A model generated the notes under the pieces. That model searched no databases, had not been told where the DNA came from, and saw nothing but the letters and a program-made list of their open reading frames with translations. Of a stretch of 64,000 bases of DNA, positions 20,528-30,340 are shown piece after piece. How positions within the stretch are numbered: position 1 is the first letter of the stretch; each line of letters begins with the position of its first letter. Both the position numbers and the translations under genes were made by a program. Origin of the DNA: Candidatus Sumerlaeota bacterium (GTDB taxonomy: Bacteria; Sumerlaeota; Sumerlaeia; Sumerlaeales; Sumerlaeaceae); assembly GCA_017161655.1 (NCBI GenBank), contig JADFCV010000002.1:218778-282777 (forward strand). The letters run 5' to 3'.

Positions 20528-21712
20528 CTAACGCTCCTGAATGCCGAGAGCGATATTCACACCCTTGATAAAATTATCTACCATGTTCTCCATTGTCAGG
20601 TGCGCAATCGACGAAAAAACCTGTAACCGTCGCTTGGGCGTTTTCCAATCGTCAAGTGCTTGCGACAAAGCTACCGCAAACTCACGGGGTGAAATGTTGG
20701 GTGGTAAGAGAGTGGCATTAGACGGATTCAAATACTCAAACTCCGGAGTGTTTTCGGCATGCTGAAAGGCGACAACAGGAAGATCAAAGCACAACGCTCG
20801 CAGTGGTGCTAGTCCTACCTGGCCTGGTAAGCAGAATAAGTCGCTAGCGGTAAGGAGCTCTTGAGCAACGTTTTCCCCCACAGCGCCCATAAATCGAATG
20901 TTTTGTGGCCCCACAGGGGCTGCGAGTTGTTCTAATTGTTGTCGAGCGGGACCATCACCAACTAACAAAAGTAATGCTTGGGGACGGAGATCTCGCAAAA
21001 CATAAAACGTTTCTACCAGTCGATCGAGAAATTTCTGCTCCATAATACGGCCCAAATAAACAATGACTTCGCGGCCCGACAAATCATATTTCTCCCGTAG
21101 TTCCGCTCGCCGTTTCTGCAAAGCTTCAAAAGCCTGCCGTTCCCTCTTAATATCAATTGTGTTGTTCAAAGTAACAATTCGATCGGCGGGAACTCCTAAC
21201 TCTTCAAAGCGCTCCTTCTCCGTTTCCGTGTAAGCGAAGATCATATCTGCATGTCGAAAGGCCCATGCTTTTTGAGTCGCTAGAATCCGTCGTGTAAAAC
21301 GAGATCTTCGTTCCATTTCCTCTATAAGATTCCCACTATGACCCCACAGGCCACGACGAACTCCCACAACCTGCCATAAATTAACAAAAAAATAAGTAAG
21401 ATTGCTTACAACGGTATCTGTAATAACGAGGTCATAGTGTCGTGCCCTTTGGAAAAAGGTTTGCCAAACGATACCCGGGTTTTTGCGCGACAGAAAAATG
21501 GTTTTCACTTGGAGTATCGGAAACGCAAAAGCATTTGGGTCCAGATAGACTGGATACAGTCGCTTCGCCCTTTCTGGATCGCAGTCGTGGACGACTTGGA
21601 ACTCCCATGTGTCAGGCCGGCGTTCTTCCAAGAGCTCAAAAAAGCGTACCCGATAACTCCGCACGGAGTTTAGCTGGGCGATAAGAACTTTTTTGGGCAG
21701 ATTTTGCGGCAC
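20528..21712 (-). CDS. Glycosyltransferase family 4 (GT-B)
   Basis: YLGRIMEQK, LLVGDGP, SDLFCLPG, GLAPLRALCFDLPVV C-terminal GT4-type pattern. Confidence 0.8.
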   Translation of the reverse strand: MPQNLPKKVLIAQLNSVRSYRVRFFELLEERRPDTWEFQVVHDCDPERAKRLYPVYLDPNAFAFPILQVKTIFLSRKNPGIVWQTFFQRARHYDLVITDTVVSNLTYFFVNLWQVVGVRRGLWGHSGNLIEEMERRSRFTRRILATQKAWAFRHADMIFAYTETEKERFEELGVPADRIVTLNNTIDIKRERQAFEALQKRRAELREKYDLSGREVIVYLGRIMEQKFLDRLVETFYVLRDLRPQALLLLVGDGPARQQLEQLAAPVGPQNIRFMGAVGENVAQELLTASDLFCLPGQVGLAPLRALCFDLPVVAFQHAENTPEFEYLNPSNATLLPPNISPREFAVALSQALDDWKTPKRRLQVFSSIAHLTMENMVDNFIKGVNIALGIQER

Positions 21713-21741
21713 AGTGCGACATCCTTCATTTATAAATGAAG

Positions 21742-21768
21742 AGGGGAAAGCATGAAAGCCCTCCCCTT
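21742..21768 (-). terminator. Probable intrinsic terminator downstream of ilvD
   Basis: Minus strand GGGGAGGGC-tttcat-GCTTTCCCC stem (with G-U pairs) followed by TCTTCATTT. Confidence 0.55.
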
Positions 21769-21811
21769 AAGAAATAGCGTCAAACTGCGGAGGTTTCATA
21801 TCTGTCAGGGG

Positions 21812-23701
21812 TTACTCCCACTTCAGAACGCCCCCAGTGTCGGCGCTTGTAGCCATTGCAGCATAGCGGCCAAGCCAACCTCGTCTTAGCTCCTCAGGAA
21901 GACGTGATTTCCAGCCGCCAGCTTTCGCGAGTTCTTCGCGCCTCTTGGCGATCTCTTCGTCGCTTAACTTCACGTTGAGTTTATGATTCGGTATGTCGAT
22001 TTCGATAATATCGCCATCTCGCACAAGACCAATCACACCTCCCGCGGCAGCTTCAGGCGAAACATGTCCGATGCATGCGCCAGCAGTGCCGCCGCTGAAG
22101 CGTCCGTCCGTCACAAGAGCGCATTTATCACCGAGCCCCATCCCCTTGATGTAGGAAGTCGGGGAGAGCATTTCTTGCATGCCCGGCCCCCCTTTTGGCC
22201 CTTCGTTGCGGATGACCACGACATCACCCGGCTTCACCTTGCCACCGAGTATGCCCTTACACGCGTCTTCTTGCGACTCGAAAACAACCGCTGGCCCCGA
22301 GTGGACGAGCATTTGCGGAACCACACCTGCTGTCTTCACCACGGCCCCGCGCTCTGCCAAATTCCCGTAGAGAATTGCCAGGCCCCCTTCCTGCGAGTAG
22401 GCTTTTGGCACTGAGCGGATAACATCGAAAGCATCAAAAGGTTCTAGGTCAGCTGGCCGCTCTGCCTTCTCACCTTCAGGCTCAGCAGCTTGCTGACCTC
22501 TCTTCCGCGCTTCGCGCAGTTTCTGAGTCTCGGCCTCAAGAAGTGCCACCACTTCGTTGCGGGTGCGTCCTGTCGGAACACTTCCACGTTCCGAAAGATT
22601 GTGCCCTTCATCGATACAGGCTGGGGATCGCGGTGAGTACTTTCTGATGTTCTCGCCAAGCGTCTCCCCGGTCACTGTGATGCAGTCTTCCTTAAGTAGT
22701 CCCGGTTTGCCTTGCAGCAGCTCCCACAAAATTGTCATGATGCCGCCCGCACGAGCCACATCCTCCACATGGTACTTTGAAGATGGGGCCACCTTGCAGA
22801 CGTTAGGAGTCTTTTGTGAGAGTTCGTTGATTCGTTCCATTGAATACGGCACCCCTGCTTCATGCGCGATGGCCAGCACGTGAAGCAGAGTATTCGTGGA
22901 GCCTCCCATGGCCATGTCGAGAATCATGGCATTGTCGAAAGCCTCCAAAGTCGCGATATCTCGCGGCTTGATGTCACGTTCGAGAAGCGTCAGAATCTGA
23001 TGGGCAGCTCGCCGATAGAGACGCAGACGTTCCCTGTTCGTCGCGAGAACAGTGCCATTTCCTGGTAGCGCCATACCCAACGCTTCGCACAGGCAGTTCA
23101 TGGAATTCGCCGTAAACATGCCGGAGCATGAGCCGCAGGTTGGACATCCCTTGTCTTCAATTTCTTTGAACTGCTTCGCGTCAATTGTCCCGACCTGTTG
23201 TGCCCCCACGCCTTCGAACACACTTACCAAATCTACGCTCTTGCCACTAGCCAGGCGGCCTGCTTCCATTGGCCCACCGCTGACAAAAATCGTGGGTATA
23301 TTCACGCGCATGGCAGCCATGAGCATCCCCGGAACGATTTTGTCACAATTGGGAATGCAAATCATGGCATCAAAGCAATGAGCCCGAAGCATCGTTTCGA
23401 CGCAATCTGCGATGAGCTCGCGCGACGGCAATGAGTATTTCATGCCCGTGTGGCCCATGGCAATGCCATCGTCCACCCCAATGGTGTTAAAGACAAATGG
23501 CACTCCACCGGCCTCCCGCACACACTCCGCAATGTACTCACCCACTTCCTTCAGGTGCACGTGGCCCGGCACGATGTCCGTGTAAGAATTGGCGATCGCA
23601 ATGAACGGTTTGTTCATATCCTCATCGCGAACGCCCGTCGCCTTTAGCAGCGAACGGTGGGGTGCTCGCTCGGGTCCCTTTTTGATTATGTCACTTCGCA
23701 T
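21812..23701 (-). CDS. ilvD: Dihydroxy-acid dehydratase
   Basis: [67 protein letters not shown]; start ATG 23701. Confidence 0.97.
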   Translation of the reverse strand: MRSDIIKKGPERAPHRSLLKATGVRDEDMNKPFIAIANSYTDIVPGHVHLKEVGEYIAECVREAGGVPFVFNTIGVDDGIAMGHTGMKYSLPSRELIADCVETMLRAHCFDAMICIPNCDKIVPGMLMAAMRVNIPTIFVSGGPMEAGRLASGKSVDLVSVFEGVGAQQVGTIDAKQFKEIEDKGCPTCGSCSGMFTANSMNCLCEALGMALPGNGTVLATNRERLRLYRRAAHQILTLLERDIKPRDIATLEAFDNAMILDMAMGGSTNTLLHVLAIAHEAGVPYSMERINELSQKTPNVCKVAPSSKYHVEDVARAGGIMTILWELLQGKPGLLKEDCITVTGETLGENIRKYSPRSPACIDEGHNLSERGSVPTGRTRNEVVALLEAETQKLREARKRGQQAAEPEGEKAERPADLEPFDAFDVIRSVPKAYSQEGGLAILYGNLAERGAVVKTAGVVPQMLVHSGPAVVFESQEDACKGILGGKVKPGDVVVIRNEGPKGGPGMQEMLSPTSYIKGMGLGDKCALVTDGRFSGGTAGACIGHVSPEAAAGGVIGLVRDGDIIEIDIPNHKLNVKLSDEEIAKRREELAKAGGWKSRLPEELRRGWLGRYAAMATSADTGGVLKWE

Positions 23702-23752
23702 AAGGGCAGGTCCTTTCTCGCAGCTATGACAAGTATGCTCCGCTGGCGGCAC

Positions 23753-24985
23753 TTATTTGCGCTTGGCAGACTTTGCGTTCTTGGCGGAAGCGGAAGATTT
23801 GTTGGTGCCACTAGAATCCTTAATGTTCCTTGCTGCCGTACCTTTTTTCTCACTTGTGCTAGTTTTTTTTGCACTCACAGACGCCTTTGATGTTGTTTTG
23901 CTGGAGGATTTGACCGAGCTAGTGCTCTTACGTGATGTGCGGGCGTCCGCAACAAGTCGACTGGTTTTCTTCTCCGAGCTCTGACGCCCGCCTCCCAGGT
24001 CTCGCCGGCTAATCACACGTCCCGTTGCATCATAGGTCACTTCTTCATACCGTCGGCCAAACAGCGAGCGTTTCTCAACAACGCGCTTCCTCACAATTGA
24101 CGCGTCAGCAATCATTTGCGCTGCTTCGGCTTGGTCATCCAGAGGAGCAAAGATACTCGTGAAATCCACACTCACGTTACGGGTGGCCCGAAAATAGTTC
24201 AAAATGCCCGTCGCGATCGCCTTGGCCTCCAGCTTGTTATACGCCAGCGACGCAAGCCGCAGATCCTCCTCCGGGTTGCTCATGAACGACGCCTCTACCA
24301 AAGCTGTCGGCATCGATGCCTTCTTGAGAATGCGATACGAGCCTGGCTTTGCCCCGGCACATTGGGTTCCCAGATAACGCGACACTGCCGAAGCTATATT
24401 GTCCGCTAGCGGAGCTGCAGAAGGCATCCCACTGGGGTAAAAAACAAGGGTGTAATTGGTCGATCGGTCACTCGCCTCGTTGTGGTGAATGCTAATGAAA
24501 AGATCGGAATGAGTCGAATTAGCAAGATTGGGGCGGTAATCGAGTTCATCTTGTTTGTTGCCGCAGTTGGTGCATCTATCGTCTGTCGTTCGGGTCATGA
24601 CCACATCCGCGCCCGCAGTTTCCAGATAGTGCTGCAAGATCAAGGCGACACGAAGGTTTACGTCGCTTTCGGTTTGACCCGTGGCTACACCGCGAGTGCC
24701 GCCAGTGTAGAGAATTTTGTCCCATTTCTCCTGCCCGCCGTGTCCGGGATCGATGCAAATGCGAATCCCTTCTAAAGGCTTGTGAGCCGTTGCATACGTG
24801 CTGATGGGAGCACGGCTTGGGGCCGCTATCTGTGGGACAGCGAACTGGGGCTGAAGCAACGCAAGTTCTTTCGCTGATGGGGTGAGTTGGGGCGCCACGC
24901 TAGGCGTGGGCATGGCCAGCGGCATAAACATCGCTGCGGCCACGGCTCCAGCGAGCATAACTTTCCACAGGCGCATGGCTAACAT
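23753..24985 (-). CDS. N-acetylmuramoyl-L-alanine amidase (Amidase_3) with Lys/Ser-rich tail
   Basis: Signal peptide; Zn/catalytic motifs IDPGHGG, ESDVNL, ISIHHN, LVEASFMSN. Confidence 0.9.
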   Translation of the reverse strand: MLAMRLWKVMLAGAVAAAMFMPLAMPTPSVAPQLTPSAKELALLQPQFAVPQIAAPSRAPISTYATAHKPLEGIRICIDPGHGGQEKWDKILYTGGTRGVATGQTESDVNLRVALILQHYLETAGADVVMTRTTDDRCTNCGNKQDELDYRPNLANSTHSDLFISIHHNEASDRSTNYTLVFYPSGMPSAAPLADNIASAVSRYLGTQCAGAKPGSYRILKKASMPTALVEASFMSNPEEDLRLASLAYNKLEAKAIATGILNYFRATRNVSVDFTSIFAPLDDQAEAAQMIADASIVRKRVVEKRSLFGRRYEEVTYDATGRVISRRDLGGGRQSSEKKTSRLVADARTSRKSTSSVKSSSKTTSKASVSAKKTSTSEKKGTAARNIKDSSGTNKSSASAKNAKSAKRK

Positions 24986-25069
24986 GTCCTCATAAGTCTA
25001 TATGCTGTACTCAACACTCGCTTGCCCTTCTATTTATTGAGTCCTTCCCTGTCAACCCCATAGCGACAC

Positions 25070-26134
25070 TTAACCGTCTTTTTCTATTCGTTCCCAGTGC
25101 CAGCAGCGCACGACTCGTTTTCCGTCAATAGATTCCAAATCAGGCATCTTGTGGCGACAGTCCTCCGTCGCAAATTCGCATCGAGGATGAAAACGGCACC
25201 CAGATGGAAAGCGTTGCGGATCTGGCACGCTGCCAGGTATCGTAAAGAGCGTTTTCCGCTTCCCGATCTCATCCACCGATGGGAGAGACCTCAGTAAACC
25301 GCGCGTATAAGGATGGAGTGGTCGGTCGAACATCTCTTCTACGCGTCCCAGCTCCACGATCTGGCCGGCATACATAATCGCGATCCGATCACACAGCTCG
25401 GCTACAATTCCCATGTCATGGGTGATGAGGAGCACCGCAGAGTGAAACTCTTCTGCGAGTTGCTGCAACAAATCGAGGATCTGGGCTTGAACGGTCACAT
25501 CAAGCGCTGTGGTGGGTTCGTCCGCGATCAATAAATCAGGATTGCACGCTAGAGCCATAGCAATCATGGCGCGCTGCCGCATACCGCCACTCAACTGGTG
25601 GGGATAGTCCCGTGATCGGCGGGCTGCTTCCGGGATTTGGACTCGTTCGAGAAGCCTGACAGTTTCTTGCAAAGCCTCACGTTTTGTAAGCCCACGATGG
25701 ACACGCAGAACCTCTGCCACCTGCTCACCTACGGTATGCAACGGATTGAGCGCAGTCATGGGCTCCTGAAACACCATTGCCAGGCGATTGCCTCTCAATC
25801 GCTGCATCTCACGTTCTTGCAGGGCGAGGAGATTCTGGCCTGAGAAAATAATCTCACCCTCTTCGATCGTCGCCGGAGGGGTCGGCAACAGCCGCATGAT
25901 TGACAGTGCCGTGACAGATTTGCCACAGCCAGACTCACCCACGAGGCCGAGTTTCTCGCCCCGCTTAAGTGCGAAACTTACTCCCTCCACTGCGCGAAAG
26001 GTCCCATCCAATGTCTCGAATTTCACGGTGAGATTTCGTACCTGGAGAAGATCCTCAGACGGGGCCGAGTGCAGCAAGGATTGCACTTCTCCCACCACAG
26101 CGTGCTCCTGGCTCGTTGTCTTGTTCTCTCTCAC
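25070..26134 (-). CDS. Oligopeptide/dipeptide ABC transporter ATP-binding subunit (OppD/DppD-like), no partner genes adjacent
   Basis: [40 protein letters not shown]-terminal GCRFHPRC...C...C. Confidence 0.92.
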   Translation of the reverse strand: MRENKTTSQEHAVVGEVQSLLHSAPSEDLLQVRNLTVKFETLDGTFRAVEGVSFALKRGEKLGLVGESGCGKSVTALSIMRLLPTPPATIEEGEIIFSGQNLLALQEREMQRLRGNRLAMVFQEPMTALNPLHTVGEQVAEVLRVHRGLTKREALQETVRLLERVQIPEAARRSRDYPHQLSGGMRQRAMIAMALACNPDLLIADEPTTALDVTVQAQILDLLQQLAEEFHSAVLLITHDMGIVAELCDRIAIMYAGQIVELGRVEEMFDRPLHPYTRGLLRSLPSVDEIGKRKTLFTIPGSVPDPQRFPSGCRFHPRCEFATEDCRHKMPDLESIDGKRVVRCWHWERIEKDG

Positions 26135-26192
26135 CTGTCAGGCTTCCGTTTTCTTCCTTCAACATTCGCTCCGATGACTGTTCGATGACTGT

Positions 26193-26936
26193 TCATCGAG
26201 AGCCAAAAAGTGCCGTTCCGATGCGCACAATGGTTGCTCCTTCTTCGACAGCCACCACGTAATCATTTGTCATTCCCATGGAAAGCTCTTTGCCTCGATA
26301 GTTTTTTGCGCCGGCAAACTCACGACCCATGCGATCGCGAATTTCCCGAAGCTGGCGAAAATATGGCCGTGTTTCCTCTGGATTCTCCAGGAAAGGCGCC
26401 ATCGTCATGTAACCTTCCACCGTGAGGTGCGGACAGTGTTCTAAAAGATGAGCGACTAGTCCGGCAGTATTTTCAGGGCTGATGCCTGATTTTGTCTCCT
26501 CTCCGGAGACGTTCACCTGAACAAGAACCGGAACGCCATGTTCTAGTCGTGCAGCATATTTTTCCAACTCATCCGCCAGCTTCGTAGAATCTACCGAATG
26601 AATCAGATCGAAGAGCGCCACGGCCTGCTTAGCTTTATTTGTTTGGAGGTGACCAATGAGATGAAACTTGCATCCATGCTCTCTTGCGTGCGGCAACAGC
26701 GTTGGGACCAAAGGGAACTTCTTTGCAGCTTCTTGAACGCGATTCTCTCCGAACTCTCGTAATCCTGCATTCCACGCAGCAACGATAGCTTCAATCGGAT
26801 GCGTTTTGGTCACGGCAACGATGCGTACTTCGCCCAACTCCCGACCGCTTCGCTCGCACGCTGCGGCGATGCGCTCTGAGATTTCCCTGAGTCGCTCCCC
26901 AATGGCTTCAGGCGTGTAAATGTTCACTGGGTCCAT
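26193..26936 (-). CDS. yggS: PLP homeostasis protein, YggS/PROSC family
   Basis: [48 protein letters not shown]; start ATG 26936 after AAGGAG. Confidence 0.95.
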   Translation of the reverse strand: MDPVNIYTPEAIGERLREISERIAAACERSGRELGEVRIVAVTKTHPIEAIVAAWNAGLREFGENRVQEAAKKFPLVPTLLPHAREHGCKFHLIGHLQTNKAKQAVALFDLIHSVDSTKLADELEKYAARLEHGVPVLVQVNVSGEETKSGISPENTAGLVAHLLEHCPHLTVEGYMTMAPFLENPEETRPYFRQLREIRDRMGREFAGAKNYRGKELSMGMTNDYVVAVEEGATIVRIGTALFGSR

Positions 26937-27062
26937 GCTCCTTGTCATCTGCTTTTTCTCTTTGCCCCTGGCCCAAGAAAATCTTCCATAGCATTTAATA
27001 GCCGCTGTTCGTTTATCCTGCAGCGCGTAACTTCGATTGCAAGCCTCGGAGGTGGTCATCTC

Positions 27063-27881
27063 ATGAATTTGCAAACTAAGAAAATTGGCTTCATAGGTGC
27101 TGGCAACATGGCACGAGCCATTGCTGGGGGAATCATCCGTAAGGGAATCGTCGCAGCTGAGAACGTCATAGCTTCTGATATCAGTGCGGAACAGAGAGCA
27201 GAGTTCGAACGTGCCACGGGCGCGAAAACCGTCCCATCCAATGTTGAAGTCACAACAGCTAGCGAAGTCATCGTCTTAGCCGTAAAGCCATTTCACGTGG
27301 CAGCTGTTTGTGAGGAAATTCGTTCGTTTCTCCAAACGCACCAGTTGATCCTCTCCATTTGCGCAGGCATTACGACAGGGTTTCTCCAACAACACCTCAC
27401 TCCGCAGGCGCGTGTGATCAGGGCCATGCCCAACACACCTGCTCTTATTAGCTGTGGCGCCACAGCGGTCTCAGGTGGATTGCACGCCACGCGCGCAGAC
27501 ATTCAAACGGCCCTCGAGCTGTTCAAAGCAGTTGGTGTGGCGATTGAGCTACCGGAGGACAAACTCGATCTGGTCACTGGTCTCAGCGGAAGCGGCCCCG
27601 CCTACGTCTTTTATTTTGCCGAGGCGTTAATAAGCGCAGCTGAGAAGCTTGGCCTTGGTCGTGCCGAAGCCGAGCTGCTGGTGAAACACACACTATTTGG
27701 CGCAGCGCGTTTGGCGCTCGAGAGCGAAAGATCCCTACCCGAGCTCCGTGCCGCAGTCACGACAAAAGGTGGCACCACAGAAGCCGGTCTTCGCGCCCTT
27801 GACGAATTTGGCTTCGCTCGAGCAATTGAGGAATGTGTCGCTGCAGCCACTCGGCGAAGTCGTGAACTCGCCCAACAATAA
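27063..27881 (+). CDS. proC: Pyrroline-5-carboxylate reductase
   Basis: IGFIGAGNM, LAVKP, RAMPNTP, GLSGSGPAY, VTTKGGTT. Confidence 0.96.
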   Translation: MNLQTKKIGFIGAGNMARAIAGGIIRKGIVAAENVIASDISAEQRAEFERATGAKTVPSNVEVTTASEVIVLAVKPFHVAAVCEEIRSFLQTHQLILSICAGITTGFLQQHLTPQARVIRAMPNTPALISCGATAVSGGLHATRADIQTALELFKAVGVAIELPEDKLDLVTGLSGSGPAYVFYFAEALISAAEKLGLGRAEAELLVKHTLFGAARLALESERSLPELRAAVTTKGGTTEAGLRALDEFGFARAIEECVAAATRRSRELAQQ

Positions 27882-27937
27882 ATCGGCGCTGCTGCGCGTA
27901 AATGAGCGCACGGGGTGCATTGTATCCATTCATGCGC

Positions 27938-28027
27938 GGTGGGATGGCCGAGTGGTTTAAGGCAGCGGTCTTGAAAACCGCCAGGGGCGCAAGCTCCTCG
28001 TAGGTTCGAATCCTACTCCCACCGCCA
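27938..28027 (+). tRNA. tRNA-Ser (anticodon TGA)
   Basis: GGTGGGA...TCCCACC-G-CCA acceptor, anticodon arm GCGGT-CTTGAAA-ACCGC, long variable arm, GGTTCGAATCC. Confidence 0.97.
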
Positions 28028-28049
28028 CTGTTTTCTGGGGGAATATCTC

Positions 28050-28292
28050 ATGACTCTTGACGAACTTCTCCAGTGGCGCACCGTCAACGGTCACAGAGTT
28101 CTGCGATTTCTCAAGCAGCACCGCGAGGTTGCCGGTGTTCATTACATGACCACGGAAGACGATCAAGCCTATATCGAATTTGTCATAAAGCCTTGGGGAG
28201 ATTTGCTAACTCTCGAAGGAGAAGTGAGCGCAGCGTTTCCAGATGTTCCTTGGCAGATTATCGAGCCTGACGTCCAAATTGAAGAAGATTGA
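28050..28292 (+). CDS. Small hypothetical protein (80 aa)
   Basis: ATG with GGGG SD-like site, protein-like composition, fills the gap between the tRNA and the terminator. Confidence 0.6.
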   Translation: MTLDELLQWRTVNGHRVLRFLKQHREVAGVHYMTTEDDQAYIEFVIKPWGDLLTLEGEVSAAFPDVPWQIIEPDVQIEED

Positions 28293-28327
28293 AAACGAAA
28301 GAGGCGACGGAGACTCTCCGCCGCCTC
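28291..28327 (-). terminator. Intrinsic terminator between convergent genes
   Basis: Minus strand GAGGCGGCGGAG-agt-CTCCGTCGCCTC followed by TTTCGTTTTC. Confidence 0.75.
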
Positions 28328-28352
28328 ACTGATGCTCGCCTCCAGGTCGGCC

Positions 28353-30281
28353 TTAGTAGCCTTCTGTCGGATTTACCCCGTATTTTGCTGCTGGATTGGC
28401 CCACCTGAGAAGACCCTGTTCTCTCGCCTTAAGCAACAAGTCGCACCGCGCAGCTTCTTCATTTTCCGTTGCCATATCAGTCTGCAATCGCTGGCGCACT
28501 TGTTCAAATGCTGGCGGTTCGCCTTCCCACCGTTCCTCAAGTTTGACCACGACAAACGTATTTCCAAACTGGCGCACTTCGCTGAGTTCCCCAGCTTTTA
28601 ACCAACTTGCTACCGCGCCAAACATTCGGCCGGCGGGATCGCTGAGATGCGCTAAAACGGATCGTTCGACAAGTCCGCCTGAAGAAGCTCGGTTGTCTTC
28701 CGAAAGCTCCCGCGCAAGCTTCTCAATGTTTTCACCAGCAAGGATGCGTTTGCGAATCTCCTCAGCCCTTTGCTTAGCAGCCTTTCGCGCTTCATCGAGG
28801 GACATCCCGGCGCTGGTAGGTTTCGCATTGACGCTGATGATATAGCCGCGTCCTTCCGGCAACCGCATGAGGTTTTTGCGCTCCTCATAAGCCTTTTTCA
28901 ACAAGGCTTCCGTCACCGGATATTTCTCAGCAATGTAGGAGGACAAAATTTTCTTCATGCGAGCACGCTTTCCTGCCCACTCAAGGTCGCGCGCAACGCG
29001 TGGGTCTTTGTCCACACCGCTTTCCAGGGCCCAGTAAATTGCTGCAAGCTCGTTTGCAACTTCGTCAAAAAGCATCGCCAAAGTCTGCGTGCTCTGGGCA
29101 CGGGTGCGGTAAGCAGCAGTGAATCGCGGGCCGTATACCTCCTCGATTTGTCGCAGGGTCCAGATGTCGTCCTTGATCTTTACTGCTGGTACGTCGCTGG
29201 ATAGACTGTCGGCTTTGGAGACATCGAAGAGTACCGTCACTCCCAGTTTCTCCTTGGTGCTTTTCACACCCTCCTGCCATTTCTTACGCACCATTTGAAC
29301 CTGGAGCGATCGCGGCAGGATACGGCTGGTGATGAGCTCCTCGGTTGTCGGGACGTATGTCGTGAGGCGGTCAGCGCAATACATCAGGTGAAGCCCATGA
29401 CTCGTCTCCAGGATTTCAGAAACCTGTCCTGGCTTGAGGTCGAATAAGGCATTTTCGAGAGCAAGATTCATGGGTTTGGCCTCGGGGCCAATCGGCATTC
29501 GTCTGCTGACCCATCCAATGTCCCCACCGACTTTGCCGCTGGCTGCCTCGGAATACTGCCGTGCCAGCAGGGAGAACGACGTCCCCGCGTCAGCCTGCTT
29601 TTTAACTTCTGTCATCCGTTTCCTCACAGCCTCGGTGCTGCTTGTCGGAATGTCCTTTGAAACCTGCATGAAGAGGTGAAAGGCATGAACTTGCTCAGGA
29701 CGCGTAAATCGTTCCGCATTTTCCCGCGTCCACGCATCCATCTCCGCTTTTGTTGGCGATGTTTCCGATTCGAGTTTCGCGCGCAACCCTTGTTTCAGCA
29801 CTGCTAATTCCTGGAAACTTGTATAGGGGATGGGCACGGCAGGTTTTGGGGTCTTCTGCGCTATGTCAGGAATGAGCTCCTCAATAATCTCTTGTAGCAC
29901 AAAATCTTGTAGGAGCTCGTGTAGGTGTTTTTCACTCCGGCCCCCGCCCTCAAGGTAATCTACCAGGTCGCAGTATGTCGTAAACGCATCTTCACGCAGC
30001 TTTTTCCCTTTCACCACAGCCAGAAGAAATTGGCCCGGGGTCCCCTCACCCGGCAGAGGCTCAGGGGGGCGCTTAGCCTGCCGCACGACAGCGGTCGTCG
30101 GAGTGACTTTCTGCTGAACTTTACTTGGCTTCGCTTTGGGGGATTTTCGATCGATGGGAGCTTTAGTGTCGGCTGCGAAGCTTCGACCTGAAAGCCCAAA
30201 ACACGCAACCACCAGCAATCCAAAAAGTGATGAGAAAAGCACCGCTCTTTTCGTCGAGAAGCATCTCGCTGCGTAGATCAT
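28353..30281 (-). CDS. Exported foldase with two parvulin (PpiC) domains
   Basis: Signal/TM N-terminus; FSLLARQYSE..GGDIGW..GLHL and IEKLARELSED..GG..FVVVKL; start ATG 30281 after AGGAGG. Confidence 0.82.
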   Translation of the reverse strand: MIYAARCFSTKRAVLFSSLFGLLVVACFGLSGRSFAADTKAPIDRKSPKAKPSKVQQKVTPTTAVVRQAKRPPEPLPGEGTPGQFLLAVVKGKKLREDAFTTYCDLVDYLEGGGRSEKHLHELLQDFVLQEIIEELIPDIAQKTPKPAVPIPYTSFQELAVLKQGLRAKLESETSPTKAEMDAWTRENAERFTRPEQVHAFHLFMQVSKDIPTSSTEAVRKRMTEVKKQADAGTSFSLLARQYSEAASGKVGGDIGWVSRRMPIGPEAKPMNLALENALFDLKPGQVSEILETSHGLHLMYCADRLTTYVPTTEELITSRILPRSLQVQMVRKKWQEGVKSTKEKLGVTVLFDVSKADSLSSDVPAVKIKDDIWTLRQIEEVYGPRFTAAYRTRAQSTQTLAMLFDEVANELAAIYWALESGVDKDPRVARDLEWAGKRARMKKILSSYIAEKYPVTEALLKKAYEERKNLMRLPEGRGYIISVNAKPTSAGMSLDEARKAAKQRAEEIRKRILAGENIEKLARELSEDNRASSGGLVERSVLAHLSDPAGRMFGAVASWLKAGELSEVRQFGNTFVVVKLEERWEGEPPAFEQVRQRLQTDMATENEEAARCDLLLKAREQGLLRWANPAAKYGVNPTEGY

Positions 30282-30340
30282 CAGAGAACCTCCTGGTATA
30301 AACATCGATTGTGTTTGTCGCGGAACGCTCAATATAAAAC

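Noticed and set aside
26173-26194. Tandem 11-mer GATGACTGTTC x2
   Set aside because: Only two copies with no spacer; not a CRISPR or a meaningful array.
27938-28350. tRNA-Ser (and tRNA-Leu at 9639-9722) as integration sites
   Set aside because: No integrase and no duplicated tRNA 3' end seen in the window.
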